64,000 nt of DNA from a virus (taxonomy: Duplodnaviria > Caudoviricetes), in the IMG/VR virus record IMGVR_UViG_3300026493_000002. The stretch is one strand, 5' to 3'. Below, in pieces: positions 1 through 8,963 of this stretch. The stretch's first letter is position 1; every line of letters begins with the position of its first letter. The notes under the pieces were generated by a model. The model had not been told where the DNA came from. It did no database searches and saw only the letters and a list, made by a program, of their open reading frames with translations. The position numbers and the translations under genes are program-made.

Positions 1-381
1 GGTCACTCCAAGGACATTTACGCGCTCTCCACTCTTATCAGTCAGCAGCGAGAAATCATTGCCGACATTCGTACCCTGGCAGACCTCAGTGGCCAGATCC
101 AGATGGTCGTGGAGATTGTGCTGCGCCCCATGATTTCGGCTATCGGCCAGAACTCACTGGACTGCTTCTACCAGCAGCGCGCGCTGTTGGCCAACACGGT
201 CGATGCCAAGAAGGCGACGTTTGCCCTCGATGAACTGGGCAAGATCACGACCGAGCATGGCAAGTTCTTGCAGATGCAGTACGCAGTCGCAGTCGCAGCA
301 GTCGAGCGGGTATTCAGCGGTGAGGAAATCGTCCCCGAAGGCGAGAAGCCGAAGAAGAAGCGCAAGAAGAAGAAATCCTAA
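1..381 (+). CDS. hypothetical protein, 5' partial, polybasic C-terminus
   Basis: Frame 1 is open from base 1 (GHSKDIYALS...) to TAA at 379-381; ends KPKKKRKKKKS. Confidence 0.75.
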   Translation, partial: GHSKDIYALSTLISQQREIIADIRTLADLSGQIQMVVEIVLRPMISAIGQNSLDCFYQQRALLANTVDAKKATFALDELGKITTEHGKFLQMQYAVAVAAVERVFSGEEIVPEGEKPKKKRKKKKS

Positions 382-393
382 TGGAGGTGATGC

Positions 394-726
394 GTGTCCC
401 TATCGGGTAGACGCCCATCGCGTCCTATCACTGGTCCGAAGAAGCCGCGCGTCGTGTCTAAGATCAGGCGCACGCGCGAGCAGGCCTACACCAGCAACTG
501 GGATGCAATCGCTTACGAGGTCAAACGCCGAGCCGGCTTTAAGTGTCAGAAGTGCGGCGCGAGCGGTCCTCTGGAGGCTGACCACATCATCCCGGTTGCC
601 AAGGGCGGCTTGACCATCATGTTCAATCTCCAGGCCCTGTGCCATACTTGTCATAGTAAGCGTGCAGGCCACAAACACCTGTTCAAACAAAGAACGCTTG
701 GCCGCAAGAAGCGGTCGAGGCTTTAA
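394..726 (+). CDS. HNH endonuclease
   Basis: CQKC...LEADHIIPVAKGG...NLQALCHTCHSKR HNH/zinc pattern; GGAGG RBS. Confidence 0.9.
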   Translation: MSLSGRRPSRPITGPKKPRVVSKIRRTREQAYTSNWDAIAYEVKRRAGFKCQKCGASGPLEADHIIPVAKGGLTIMFNLQALCHTCHSKRAGHKHLFKQRTLGRKKRSRL

Positions 727-742
727 TCACAGAGAGGCTCCT

Positions 743-1156
743 ATGTCCAACGATTACAGTGAATTCCTGAGGTTCGAGCGCAAGTCGGACTTGTTCGAGG
801 CACGTGCTGCTGATTCGCTCGATCCCCAGCTGGCATTCCTCCGTCTGGAGTTCTTCCGTGCCCGCCCCGGCATGCAGGACTACCTGATCCGTGTGGCCAG
901 CCCGAAGAGCCAGCTGGACAAGAAGACCAACACGATCATCACGCTGCACGCGAATCGTCGTCAGACTTCCAACGGCGGCATCCAGGGTACGGCCCGCGTC
1001 ATCGTCCGCACCATGAAGGAGAAGGGTGACACGACCTTCGACTGGTCCAAGATCGACATGGACCACCTGACCAAGATGATCGCACCCGCTGTCAAGTTCT
1101 TCTCGGCCAACATCGCCGCGGAGAAGATGCAGTGGGTCACGGAGGCCCTGCGCTGA
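743..1156 (+). CDS. hypothetical protein
   Basis: ATG 743 after GAGAGG; phage-like codon bias; TGATG overlap with next gene. Confidence 0.7.
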   Translation: MSNDYSEFLRFERKSDLFEARAADSLDPQLAFLRLEFFRARPGMQDYLIRVASPKSQLDKKTNTIITLHANRRQTSNGGIQGTARVIVRTMKEKGDTTFDWSKIDMDHLTKMIAPAVKFFSANIAAEKMQWVTEALR

Positions 1157-2004
1157 TGAAGACCTCGCCCATCGCACGTAGCGTAACGCAGCGTCTGTTG
1201 CGCACCGCTATCAAGAGCGGGGCGAAGACGACGGACAAGTACCTGCAGGCATTCGGCATCACGGACGTCAGTCTTTCGAGGCTGCCGTCCGTGTTCGATC
1301 CGTCATTCGCGCCCGAGTGGAAAGCGTTTCTGGAAGCCAATTCTGATCTACACGGTGGTCCTGCAGAGCGTGCTTTGCGGGCCACTTTGTCGTTCGTGCG
1401 GTACTGCCAAGCGTTGAAGCTGGATCCCTTCCTGCCGAGCTTCCAGTTCCGTGATCCGATCGATGGCGGCAACAAGATCAACCCCGTGAAGATTCAGCAG
1501 GAGATTGCGAAGCAGGAACTGGGCGTCACCTTCAAGGCCATCAAGGACTTCATCACGCGCCTGCGCCTCATGCAGTACATGCGCCTGTACAAGACCAAGG
1601 TGACCACTGTCGGTGGTGCGAAGCAGCCTCGCATGATCGCCGTGTACGCACTCGACGCCACGAACAAGCGTATGCCGCTCGATGCCGTGCTGGTGGGTCT
1701 CAACGGTCTGCTGTACGACGGCCAGATCCCTCCGCAGTTGAAGCCGCTGACCACGACCAGTGTCAAGGGTGCGAAGACGACTGACAAGCGTCCACCCTTC
1801 GATACCATGTTGACTGGCGCAGGCACTGTGGGCTGGTTCCCTGTGACGCGCAACTCCACGTTTGAGTTGTACGCGATCCGCGCCAAGAACAACATTCTGG
1901 TCGTCAAGGTCATCATCCCTCTTGTGCCTGAATCGGAGACTGACGGCGTCACGTCGAAACAACGTGTGGCGATGTGGTCTAAGCTCAAGCCGTTCAGCAC
2001 CTAG
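1156..2004 (+). CDS. hypothetical protein
   Basis: 282 aa ORF coupled to the upstream stop. Confidence 0.7.
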   Translation: MKTSPIARSVTQRLLRTAIKSGAKTTDKYLQAFGITDVSLSRLPSVFDPSFAPEWKAFLEANSDLHGGPAERALRATLSFVRYCQALKLDPFLPSFQFRDPIDGGNKINPVKIQQEIAKQELGVTFKAIKDFITRLRLMQYMRLYKTKVTTVGGAKQPRMIAVYALDATNKRMPLDAVLVGLNGLLYDGQIPPQLKPLTTTSVKGAKTTDKRPPFDTMLTGAGTVGWFPVTRNSTFELYAIRAKNNILVVKVIIPLVPESETDGVTSKQRVAMWSKLKPFST

Positions 2005-2006
2005 AT

Positions 2007-2014
2007 TCTGTAAA
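2007..2014 (+). promoter_or_regulatory. TCTGTAAA candidate phage promoter
   Basis: Intergenic copy of a motif recurring upstream of genes. Confidence 0.6.
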
Positions 2015-2065
2015 TAATCCAGTCGTATTCGATTGGCAATTTCTCCTCGAAACAGGTATACCAAC

Positions 2066-2518
2066 ATGGATAACAACCGCCGTGTTGGCGAGCTTCTGGG
2101 CTCGCTGACCTCGCTCTCGGCCGGGCAGGCCCGCATTCTGGAGCGTCTCCAGCAGTGCAACTTGGTGGCAACTGCGTCGGATGCCAACCAGGAGGACGTC
2201 AAGATCCTGGTCGAATTCCAGAAGCAGAGTCAGCAGATGCGCGAACGCATTGCGGAGCTCACCGAGGAACTCGACGCCGCCAACGACGTGACTGCAACCG
2301 ATGCCGAACTGAGCCAGTTCCGTGGGGCGTTCGCCGGCCGTGTCAAGGGCGTGCAGACCACGATGCTGTTCTCGGCATACGATATCGGTTACTTCCTGTC
2401 GCAGCCTCGCACGCTGCGTCCCATCATTGCGGACGTCCTGATCGAACTGGTCGGTGAACGCAAGGTCGCCCCGCTTCCCCTGTGGCAGCGTGTTTCCAAC
2501 TCCGGTGGAGCTCTGTAA
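2066..2518 (+). CDS. hypothetical coiled-coil protein
   Basis: ATG 2066 after CAGG; 150 aa, helical character. Confidence 0.7.
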   Translation: MDNNRRVGELLGSLTSLSAGQARILERLQQCNLVATASDANQEDVKILVEFQKQSQQMRERIAELTEELDAANDVTATDAELSQFRGAFAGRVKGVQTTMLFSAYDIGYFLSQPRTLRPIIADVLIELVGERKVAPLPLWQRVSNSGGAL

Positions 2519-2520
2519 CA

Positions 2521-5500
2521 ATGGACAACAACATCAACACCCAGATGGGCCTGACGCCTGCTGTCGGCGTTCACGGAATGATCAGCCTGAGCGAGTCGTC
2601 GCCGGGTACGCTGGAGAGCATCCTGCCGGTCCAGATCCAGGATCCGAATCTGGAGCGCAACTACAGCTTCATGCTCTACCCGCGTCGCAAGCCGTCCGGT
2701 GGCTACGACACGCGCCGTGCGCACTACTCGGACGTGTTCCACTACCTGGCCCAGGTCAGTGCTGTCGCCAATGCCGTGCTGGCCCAGCTGCGCTACCTGT
2801 ACAACGAGTTCCCGACCTACGCTGCGTCGGGTTCGCCGAAGGATATGCAGGCTGCCAACATCCTGTCGACCTTCGAGCGCATCCAGAACGCGCTGGACGG
2901 ATCAGTGCTGGAAGATACTGCGCGCGCGACCATGGGCGCCATCGCCCTGGGCAAGTCCCACATCATCCGTCCGAGCGAACGCTACAAGGGCGGCATGGAC
3001 GTCATGTTCACCGGCGTGCCGAACGGCAACTACGGCGGCACGTCCAACGTGTGGTACCGTCCGATCGGCACCATGTACCAGCTGCCGCAGTACGAAACCC
3101 AGATGAACCCCGTTGCACAGAACTCCCCGCTGCGGGAAGCCGTGCTGCGCATGGGTGCCATCGTCAGCGAGTGGATGACTGGCAGTTCCGACTTCGGTGC
3201 GGAAGATCGTCGCCATGTCGTCGGCCGTCCCATCAAGGAGAAGACCTTCGACGTGTCCGCGTTGCAGTCTGCGCTGGACTCCGAAATGCGTACCGCTGGC
3301 TTCGCGGGCTTCGGCAAGATCCAGATCCAGACCGACTGGCCGGAGAAGCTGCAGGAAGGCCTGAGCGAGTTCTTCACGTTCAGCGTCGTCCGTGAGCCGA
3401 ATCACCGCCTGCTGAATGCACGCGAGCGTTACCCTGGGGCTGCCGATCACGGCCTGACCAAGGGCAGTGGTCTGCTGCAAGCCGAGTACGGCCTGTCGAT
3501 CACGATGAACCTGCAGCCGGAGATCGTGTCGTTCATCACGCAGACCCCGAAGGGTGGCAAGCCGCCGCTCGCTGCACTGAACACCTGGGTCAACGTGTGG
3601 GCGCGCGCTGTGATTCGTGTGCCGCGCTCCTCGACCAAGGGCAGCGGTACCGATCGTGTCCTCATTGGCCAGGTGCCGCGTTACATCCTGATGCCGTCGA
3701 AGACCAGCGAACTGGAGAAGCGCCGCAAGGAGCTGGGCCTGTTCACCGAGAAGGGCCGCACGAACGAGGACGGCATCTTCATTAGCGACACCGGCCGTTT
3801 CAACTACTGCCCGCCGGCATCCGACATTGCGTCGGAGAATGCGCGTGCGTATGAGAAGCTGCAGGAAGAGGCACTGGAGGTGTCGTTCGCCGCAGGCTCG
3901 CCGATGATCGCCAGTCAGACTGGTTACGCATCGCCGTACTTCGCCACCGTGGATCAGGACTACCGCGAGAAGATCAAGGGCTTGAAGTCCGATCTGAGCA
4001 AGTACGCTGGTTCGCTCCAGACGTACAGCTGGGACTACAACTGCATCCTGACCTCGTCGGCTTCGGATCCGGATCGCCTGATTTCGACCAAGCTGGAAGG
4101 TGCGACGACTCCCGACGAACTGGCTCTGTCCGAGTACCTGACCAAGCCGGCCGCTGAGGCTCTGTCGGTCATGTTCCCGCGCCTGATCAGCGTCAATGCC
4201 GACACCTACGGCGGCGCAGCGGAAGAGATTCCGTCGGGTTCCCGTATGGACAACGTGGCGCTGCGTACTCCCGATGCGATCCTGGGCTCAAACCTGATCG
4301 TGTCGCTGGTGCGTACCTACTCGTACCTGCTGTACGACAAGAAGGTGCCGGACCTCCAGACGCTGGTCGATCGTGCCGCGAAGGCCCTGGATATCAAGAC
4401 GCTCGACCCGTCGAAGATGTCCGATGCGGCTGAGCAGCGCAAGGAAGACCCGGCGCACTACGACGTCGGCCTGTACAACGGCATGACTCGCTTCAACACC
4501 ACTCCGGTTGTGCAGGATGACCTCAAGGTTGTCCCGAACATCCGTATGCCGGCCATTCCGTCCGACTTCAAGTACGACAAGAACGACCCGAAGTCCGAGT
4601 CCCAGTTCAAAGGCTTCCAGCAGGACCTGGTGAACAACGCCACGGGTATCGTGCGTATGCTGCGCGCTGCCCTGAACGATGCTGCCGGTACGAAGGGTAG
4701 CAACATGCTGCGCATCAACATGATGGCGGGCACGAACTTCGAGGACGACAACCACTACTACGATCCGGCTGTGCACAACCTGGGCGACTTCCAGAACGTG
4801 TTCAACTACCTGGGCGGCCGCGTGTTCTACGAAGCCCTGCAGGCGTTGATGAAGGTCGATCCGAAGGAACTGATGGTCGTCAACCTGCGCAACCCGATGC
4901 CGATGCCGGACTACCCGTCCGTCGTCAAGGACGTGATGCCCTTCACCGTCTTCATCGGCAAGTACGTTCCGGACCGCGAGAAGATCAACGAGAAGGCCGA
5001 GGAAATCAGCGAAGGTCTCAAGGCTGATAACTCGATTTCCACCGATGACATTCACCTGCCGGGCAGCAAGCAGGGCTTCCAGATGTTCCCGCATCAGGCG
5101 GAAGCATTCAAGACGCTCGCACGTCGCCCGCGTTACGCCACGCTGGACATTGCGCCCGGTGGCGGCAAGACGATCCTGGGCCTGACCGATATCGGCAACC
5201 TGATTCACGCCGGCCTGATCAAGCGCCCGTGTGTGCTGGCCCCGAACGGTCTGGTGCGCAACTGGATCGAGGACATGCACTCGGTCACGGACGGCAACTG
5301 GAACCTGATCCCGATCACCACTGCGACGTATCGCACGTGGGGTGAGGAGCGTCTGACCAAGCTGATCCAGACGGCGCCGATCAACACCATCTTCGTGGTT
5401 GGCCTGTCGTTCCTCCGCCTGCTGCGTTATCAGGTGGTGATCGGCAACCACGTCGAGCGCATGAGTGCCACTCTGGAGTTCTGCAAGAAGTTCGGCTTCG

Positions 5501-8349
5501 ACTACATCATCCTGGACGAGTCGCACAAAGCCAAGAACATGAAGTCGCAGACGCATCGTGCGATCAAGCAGTTGACCGTGTCGTCGTCGGTGAAGTACAT
5601 CCGACTGGCTACCGGTACGCTGATCCAGACGAAGCTGACCGACGTCGTGGGCCAGGCTGCACTGTACGGCTCCCATATCTTCCGCACTGCGGAGGAATAC
5701 GAGGCCGAGAACAGCGTGCGTGTGGGTGATAGCCGTGCAACCGTGTTCGCATCGGATACTCCGTACCGTGCACGCCAGCAGTTGTCGAAGCACTCTGCGG
5801 TCATCAGCTTCAAGAAGAAGGAGTGGGCCTTCCTGCTGCCGCGTCCGATCGAATCGTTTATCTCCGTTGCGCTCGACGCCGGCGGTGACGAACTGGGTCA
5901 GGCGCACCAGATGATGTACGACGCCATCCTCAAGGTCACCCTGGAAGAAATCAAGGGCGACAAGACCGTCATGAAGCTGCTCTCGGGCGGCGAAGAGGAC
6001 AACGACGGTCCGGACGATGACGACGATGGTGATGACGCAGAAGACGGCGCCACCCGCAAGTCGGGCAAGTCCAACGCGGTGTCGGGTATCTCCGGCCTGC
6101 CGATTGAAGTCGGCGAAGGTATGGACGACTCCATGATGGAAGACCTCGAGAACGCACTGCGTCCGTACCTGCAGCGCCTCGAAATGCTGCTGACCGATCC
6201 GCTGGGTGACCAGTTCGGTGAGAAGTTCTTCAAGGGAATGAAGAAGGAGAACTACGTCAGTCGCAAGGTGAAGAAGATCATCGAGCGCATCCAGCTGAAC
6301 TTCGAGGAGCAGCCGTGGGAGAAGGGCCGCCGGTACATGCTGAAAGACCTGTGCGACTACAAGGGCGTGCGTTACGTCCTGATGGGTGAGCCGGGCAAGA
6401 AGCTGACGCTGGAGAGCTACCGCGAGGACTACCTGTCGGTGAAGGCACCGGATCAGGATCCGCGCTGGAAGCCCGAGCCGTTCGGCAAGGTGATCGTGTT
6501 CTGCCGCTACACCCGTTCGGTCAATGCGATCTACCGTGCACTGCCGCCGCAGATGAAGAAGCTGGCCGTGAAGTTCAGCGGCGAAGAGGCGAACAAGTGG
6601 CAGAATCTGGAAGACTTCCGCCTGACTCCGTTCAGCAAGGAGAAGGGTGTCCAGATCTTCATCGCCAATGAGCAGGCTATCGCCGAGGGTCACAACCTCC
6701 AGATGGCTTCGCGCATCGTGCGTTCGGAGTCGCCGTGGTCGCCCGGTGAACTCGACCAGTCGTCCTCGCGTATCTTCCGCCCTGACACCACCGGGCAGTT
6801 CCGCCGCGAGAACGTGTACCTCGACTGGGTGCTGTGCAACAACACCATGGAAGTCGCCAAGGTCGGCCGTCTGATCAGCCGTATGATCGACAAGACCAAG
6901 TTCGACGAAGCCAACAACCCGCTGTACGATGAACTGGAGGAGTTGGAACTGCCGCCCATCAGTATGTCGCTGGAGACCATCGCTGCGAAGCCGATGCTCC
7001 GTGACATTCAGGAGTACATGGACGGCTACCAGCAGCTGGTGCGTATCCAGAGCTCCGAGTTCGAGGAAATGCGGCAGACGAAGCCGAGCAACATGTTCCC
7101 GATCGAGCCGACGCCGATGCCGAAGGGCTCTGCGATCCTCGAACAGGTGCCGTACCTGCCGACCCTCAAGAGCGTGCCCGACCGTCACAACTACGGTCTG
7201 CACAAGCTGACCACCTATCTGGCGGACAGCGATTCTCCGGAGGCAGTGGAAGTACAGAACGACAAGCAGAAGCTGATCGGTATGTACGCCCACACGGAGT
7301 TCGGCAACGGCGTCATCATCGGTATCCGTGAAATGCGCTCCAAGACCGAAGGTGGTCAGAGCCGTCTCAGCACCGTGACCGTGCAGTTGGTCAACGGTGA
7401 TCGCTACGATGCGGATCCGGCGATGATCTACCTGGCGCTCAACCTCACCAAGGAAACCGTGGGCAACTTCTCTCCGAAGGGCCGCATGGCGACCAAGACT
7501 GACAAGGTCAAGGCCGAGAAGGAAGAGAAGGAACGTCTGCGTCAGGAGCGTATCGAGAATCGCCGCGCCGAGCGTGAGCAGAAGAGGCTGGATCGTCAGG
7601 CCATTCGCGAGAAGAAGCTCAAGGATGCCGAGAACGCCAAGACCAAGGTGAAGCGCAGTAAGCGCGCTGCTGCCCCGGTCGAGGACGACGAGGAAGAGGA
7701 GGAAGTGATTTCCGTCGATCTGTGGCCCGCAATCTACAACGGCTTCATGGCCGTTGAGGCAACTCCGGGTGAGGACGACGAGAAGTACATGAAGAAGATG
7801 GGCTTCAAGCACTCCGGTGCCTACGCCTACCTGCAGATCAAGGACAAGATTTCCTTCGACGCCCTCATGGTGTGGCTGGAGAAGAAGTTCTACCTGCGGT
7901 CCGAAACCTCGAAGCGCCTGCACAAGCTGGCTGACAGCTTTGTGTCCGGTCGTGGTCGGAAGTTCAACATCGAAATGGCTCCGGTTGCGGACCTCAAGAT
8001 GTTCAACAACATCAAGCACAAGCTCAGCGGCAAGGACAAGGCCTCGGGCCTGCCGGAACTCAAGCTCTATCCGGTCATCATGGACGGTGCGCTGCTGCTC
8101 AACGTGGATATCGCCACCAACCCGGTCATCCGCAAGTATCTGGGCAAGGTCATCCCCGGCACCAAGAACCTCAAGTTCGAGGAAGCCGACGAAATGTGGA
8201 TCCAGTTCTTCAACAGCCGACAGGAAGTCGTCAACTGGACCAAGGGCATTCGTAAGGAGGGATACGAGATCACCAACTACGAGGAGTTCAAGGAACGGGT
8301 TGATGAACTCAAGGACAAGCTCCGCTACATGCAGAAGTTGGCCAAGTAA
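2521..8349 (+). CDS. giant SNF2-family helicase/ATPase (~1,942 aa)
   Basis: DIAPGGGKT (motif I), ILDESHKAKN (II), LATGTLIQ (III), KVIVFCRY (IV), AEGHNLQMASRIVRSESPWSPGELDQSSSRIFR (V/VI). Confidence 0.9.
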   Translation: MDNNINTQMGLTPAVGVHGMISLSESSPGTLESILPVQIQDPNLERNYSFMLYPRRKPSGGYDTRRAHYSDVFHYLAQVSAVANAVLAQLRYLYNEFPTYAASGSPKDMQAANILSTFERIQNALDGSVLEDTARATMGAIALGKSHIIRPSERYKGGMDVMFTGVPNGNYGGTSNVWYRPIGTMYQLPQYETQMNPVAQNSPLREAVLRMGAIVSEWMTGSSDFGAEDRRHVVGRPIKEKTFDVSALQSALDSEMRTAGFAGFGKIQIQTDWPEKLQEGLSEFFTFSVVREPNHRLLNARERYPGAADHGLTKGSGLLQAEYGLSITMNLQPEIVSFITQTPKGGKPPLAALNTWVNVWARAVIRVPRSSTKGSGTDRVLIGQVPRYILMPSKTSELEKRRKELGLFTEKGRTNEDGIFISDTGRFNYCPPASDIASENARAYEKLQEEALEVSFAAGSPMIASQTGYASPYFATVDQDYREKIKGLKSDLSKYAGSLQTYSWDYNCILTSSASDPDRLISTKLEGATTPDELALSEYLTKPAAEALSVMFPRLISVNADTYGGAAEEIPSGSRMDNVALRTPDAILGSNLIVSLVRTYSYLLYDKKVPDLQTLVDRAAKALDIKTLDPSKMSDAAEQRKEDPAHYDVGLYNGMTRFNTTPVVQDDLKVVPNIRMPAIPSDFKYDKNDPKSESQFKGFQQDLVNNATGIVRMLRAALNDAAGTKGSNMLRINMMAGTNFEDDNHYYDPAVHNLGDFQNVFNYLGGRVFYEALQALMKVDPKELMVVNLRNPMPMPDYPSVVKDVMPFTVFIGKYVPDREKINEKAEEISEGLKADNSISTDDIHLPGSKQGFQMFPHQAEAFKTLARRPRYATLDIAPGGGKTILGLTDIGNLIHAGLIKRPCVLAPNGLVRNWIEDMHSVTDGNWNLIPITTATYRTWGEERLTKLIQTAPINTIFVVGLSFLRLLRYQVVIGNHVERMSATLEFCKKFGFDYIILDESHKAKNMKSQTHRAIKQLTVSSSVKYIRLATGTLIQTKLTDVVGQAALYGSHIFRTAEEYEAENSVRVGDSRATVFASDTPYRARQQLSKHSAVISFKKKEWAFLLPRPIESFISVALDAGGDELGQAHQMMYDAILKVTLEEIKGDKTVMKLLSGGEEDNDGPDDDDDGDDAEDGATRKSGKSNAVSGISGLPIEVGEGMDDSMMEDLENALRPYLQRLEMLLTDPLGDQFGEKFFKGMKKENYVSRKVKKIIERIQLNFEEQPWEKGRRYMLKDLCDYKGVRYVLMGEPGKKLTLESYREDYLSVKAPDQDPRWKPEPFGKVIVFCRYTRSVNAIYRALPPQMKKLAVKFSGEEANKWQNLEDFRLTPFSKEKGVQIFIANEQAIAEGHNLQMASRIVRSESPWSPGELDQSSSRIFRPDTTGQFRRENVYLDWVLCNNTMEVAKVGRLISRMIDKTKFDEANNPLYDELEELELPPISMSLETIAAKPMLRDIQEYMDGYQQLVRIQSSEFEEMRQTKPSNMFPIEPTPMPKGSAILEQVPYLPTLKSVPDRHNYGLHKLTTYLADSDSPEAVEVQNDKQKLIGMYAHTEFGNGVIIGIREMRSKTEGGQSRLSTVTVQLVNGDRYDADPAMIYLALNLTKETVGNFSPKGRMATKTDKVKAEKEEKERLRQERIENRRAEREQKRLDRQAIREKKLKDAENAKTKVKRSKRAAAPVEDDEEEEEVISVDLWPAIYNGFMAVEATPGEDDEKYMKKMGFKHSGAYAYLQIKDKISFDALMVWLEKKFYLRSETSKRLHKLADSFVSGRGRKFNIEMAPVADLKMFNNIKHKLSGKDKASGLPELKLYPVIMDGALLLNVDIATNPVIRKYLGKVIPGTKNLKFEEADEMWIQFFNSRQEVVNWTKGIRKEGYEITNYEEFKERVDELKDKLRYMQKLAK

Positions 8350-8364
8350 TCAGGAGAAGTACCA

Positions 8365-8835
8365 ATGCAAGTCGCACCTCGCAAGTTGCTGCGGCAGCAG
8401 GTCATCCTCAAGGGGCTGGGGTTTTACTCCGGCCCCCTGGATGGTATCTGGGGCCCGCAGTCCATCGAAGCAATGAGCCGATTCGAGCGTCGTCTCGAAC
8501 TGTACCGCCCGGCTCGTCCTGTCAACGGCATGCCGTTCGCTGACAACGGCCCGTACCCGAAGGGGATCTACCTCGTCGAGAACGGTCTGCTCTACCATGC
8601 GTCCATCGAGGAGTTCAAGGAAGAGGAACTCAAGGCCGCCGGTGAAGTAGAAGCGGCGCAAGCCTCCGTACCCGTGCCGCAGCGCATTCGTGCTGCACGC
8701 GAGAAGGCGGCTGCCAAGCTCCAGCCGGCTGTCGCTGATCCGAAGAAGGCCGAAGACGATGCACCCGCCGAGAAGCCGGTGCAGAGCCAGAAGCCGGTTC
8801 AGCCGCAGCAAAATCAGCAGAAGAACCAGCGCTGA
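8365..8835 (+). CDS. peptidoglycan-binding domain protein
   Basis: QVILKGLGFYSGPLDGIWGPQSIEAMSRFE matches PG_binding_1 pattern; low-complexity Q/K/P tail. Confidence 0.65.
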   Translation: MQVAPRKLLRQQVILKGLGFYSGPLDGIWGPQSIEAMSRFERRLELYRPARPVNGMPFADNGPYPKGIYLVENGLLYHASIEEFKEEELKAAGEVEAAQASVPVPQRIRAAREKAAAKLQPAVADPKKAEDDAPAEKPVQSQKPVQPQQNQQKNQR

Positions 8836-8848
8836 GTAGGGAATCACA

Positions 8849-8880
8849 GGGGAGGGCTTCGGCTCTCCCCTTTGGTTTTT
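8849..8880 (+). terminator. intrinsic terminator
   Basis: GGGGAGGGC-TTCG-GCTCTCCCC stem with C(UUCG)G loop, then TTTGGTTTTT. Confidence 0.85.
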
Positions 8881-8892
8881 CCGAACACCAAA

Positions 8893-8900
8893 TCTGTAAA
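8893..8900 (+). promoter_or_regulatory. TCTGTAAA candidate phage promoter
   Basis: Between the terminator and the DNA polymerase start. Confidence 0.65.
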
Positions 8901-8963
8901 GACCATCAGATAGATTCACACACGCGCAATCCGTAGACCACAAAGTTCTTCCAAGGTGTCATC

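Noticed and set aside
394-726. HNH gene as an intron- or intein-encoded homing element
   Set aside because: It is free-standing with its own RBS and does not interrupt a gene.
4288-8019. 1,243 aa minus-strand ORF (also 9186-12224, 15809-17512, 44156-45820 and others)
   Set aside because: They are exact antisense shadows of strongly biased + strand genes, with no motifs or RBS; expected from GC3 bias.
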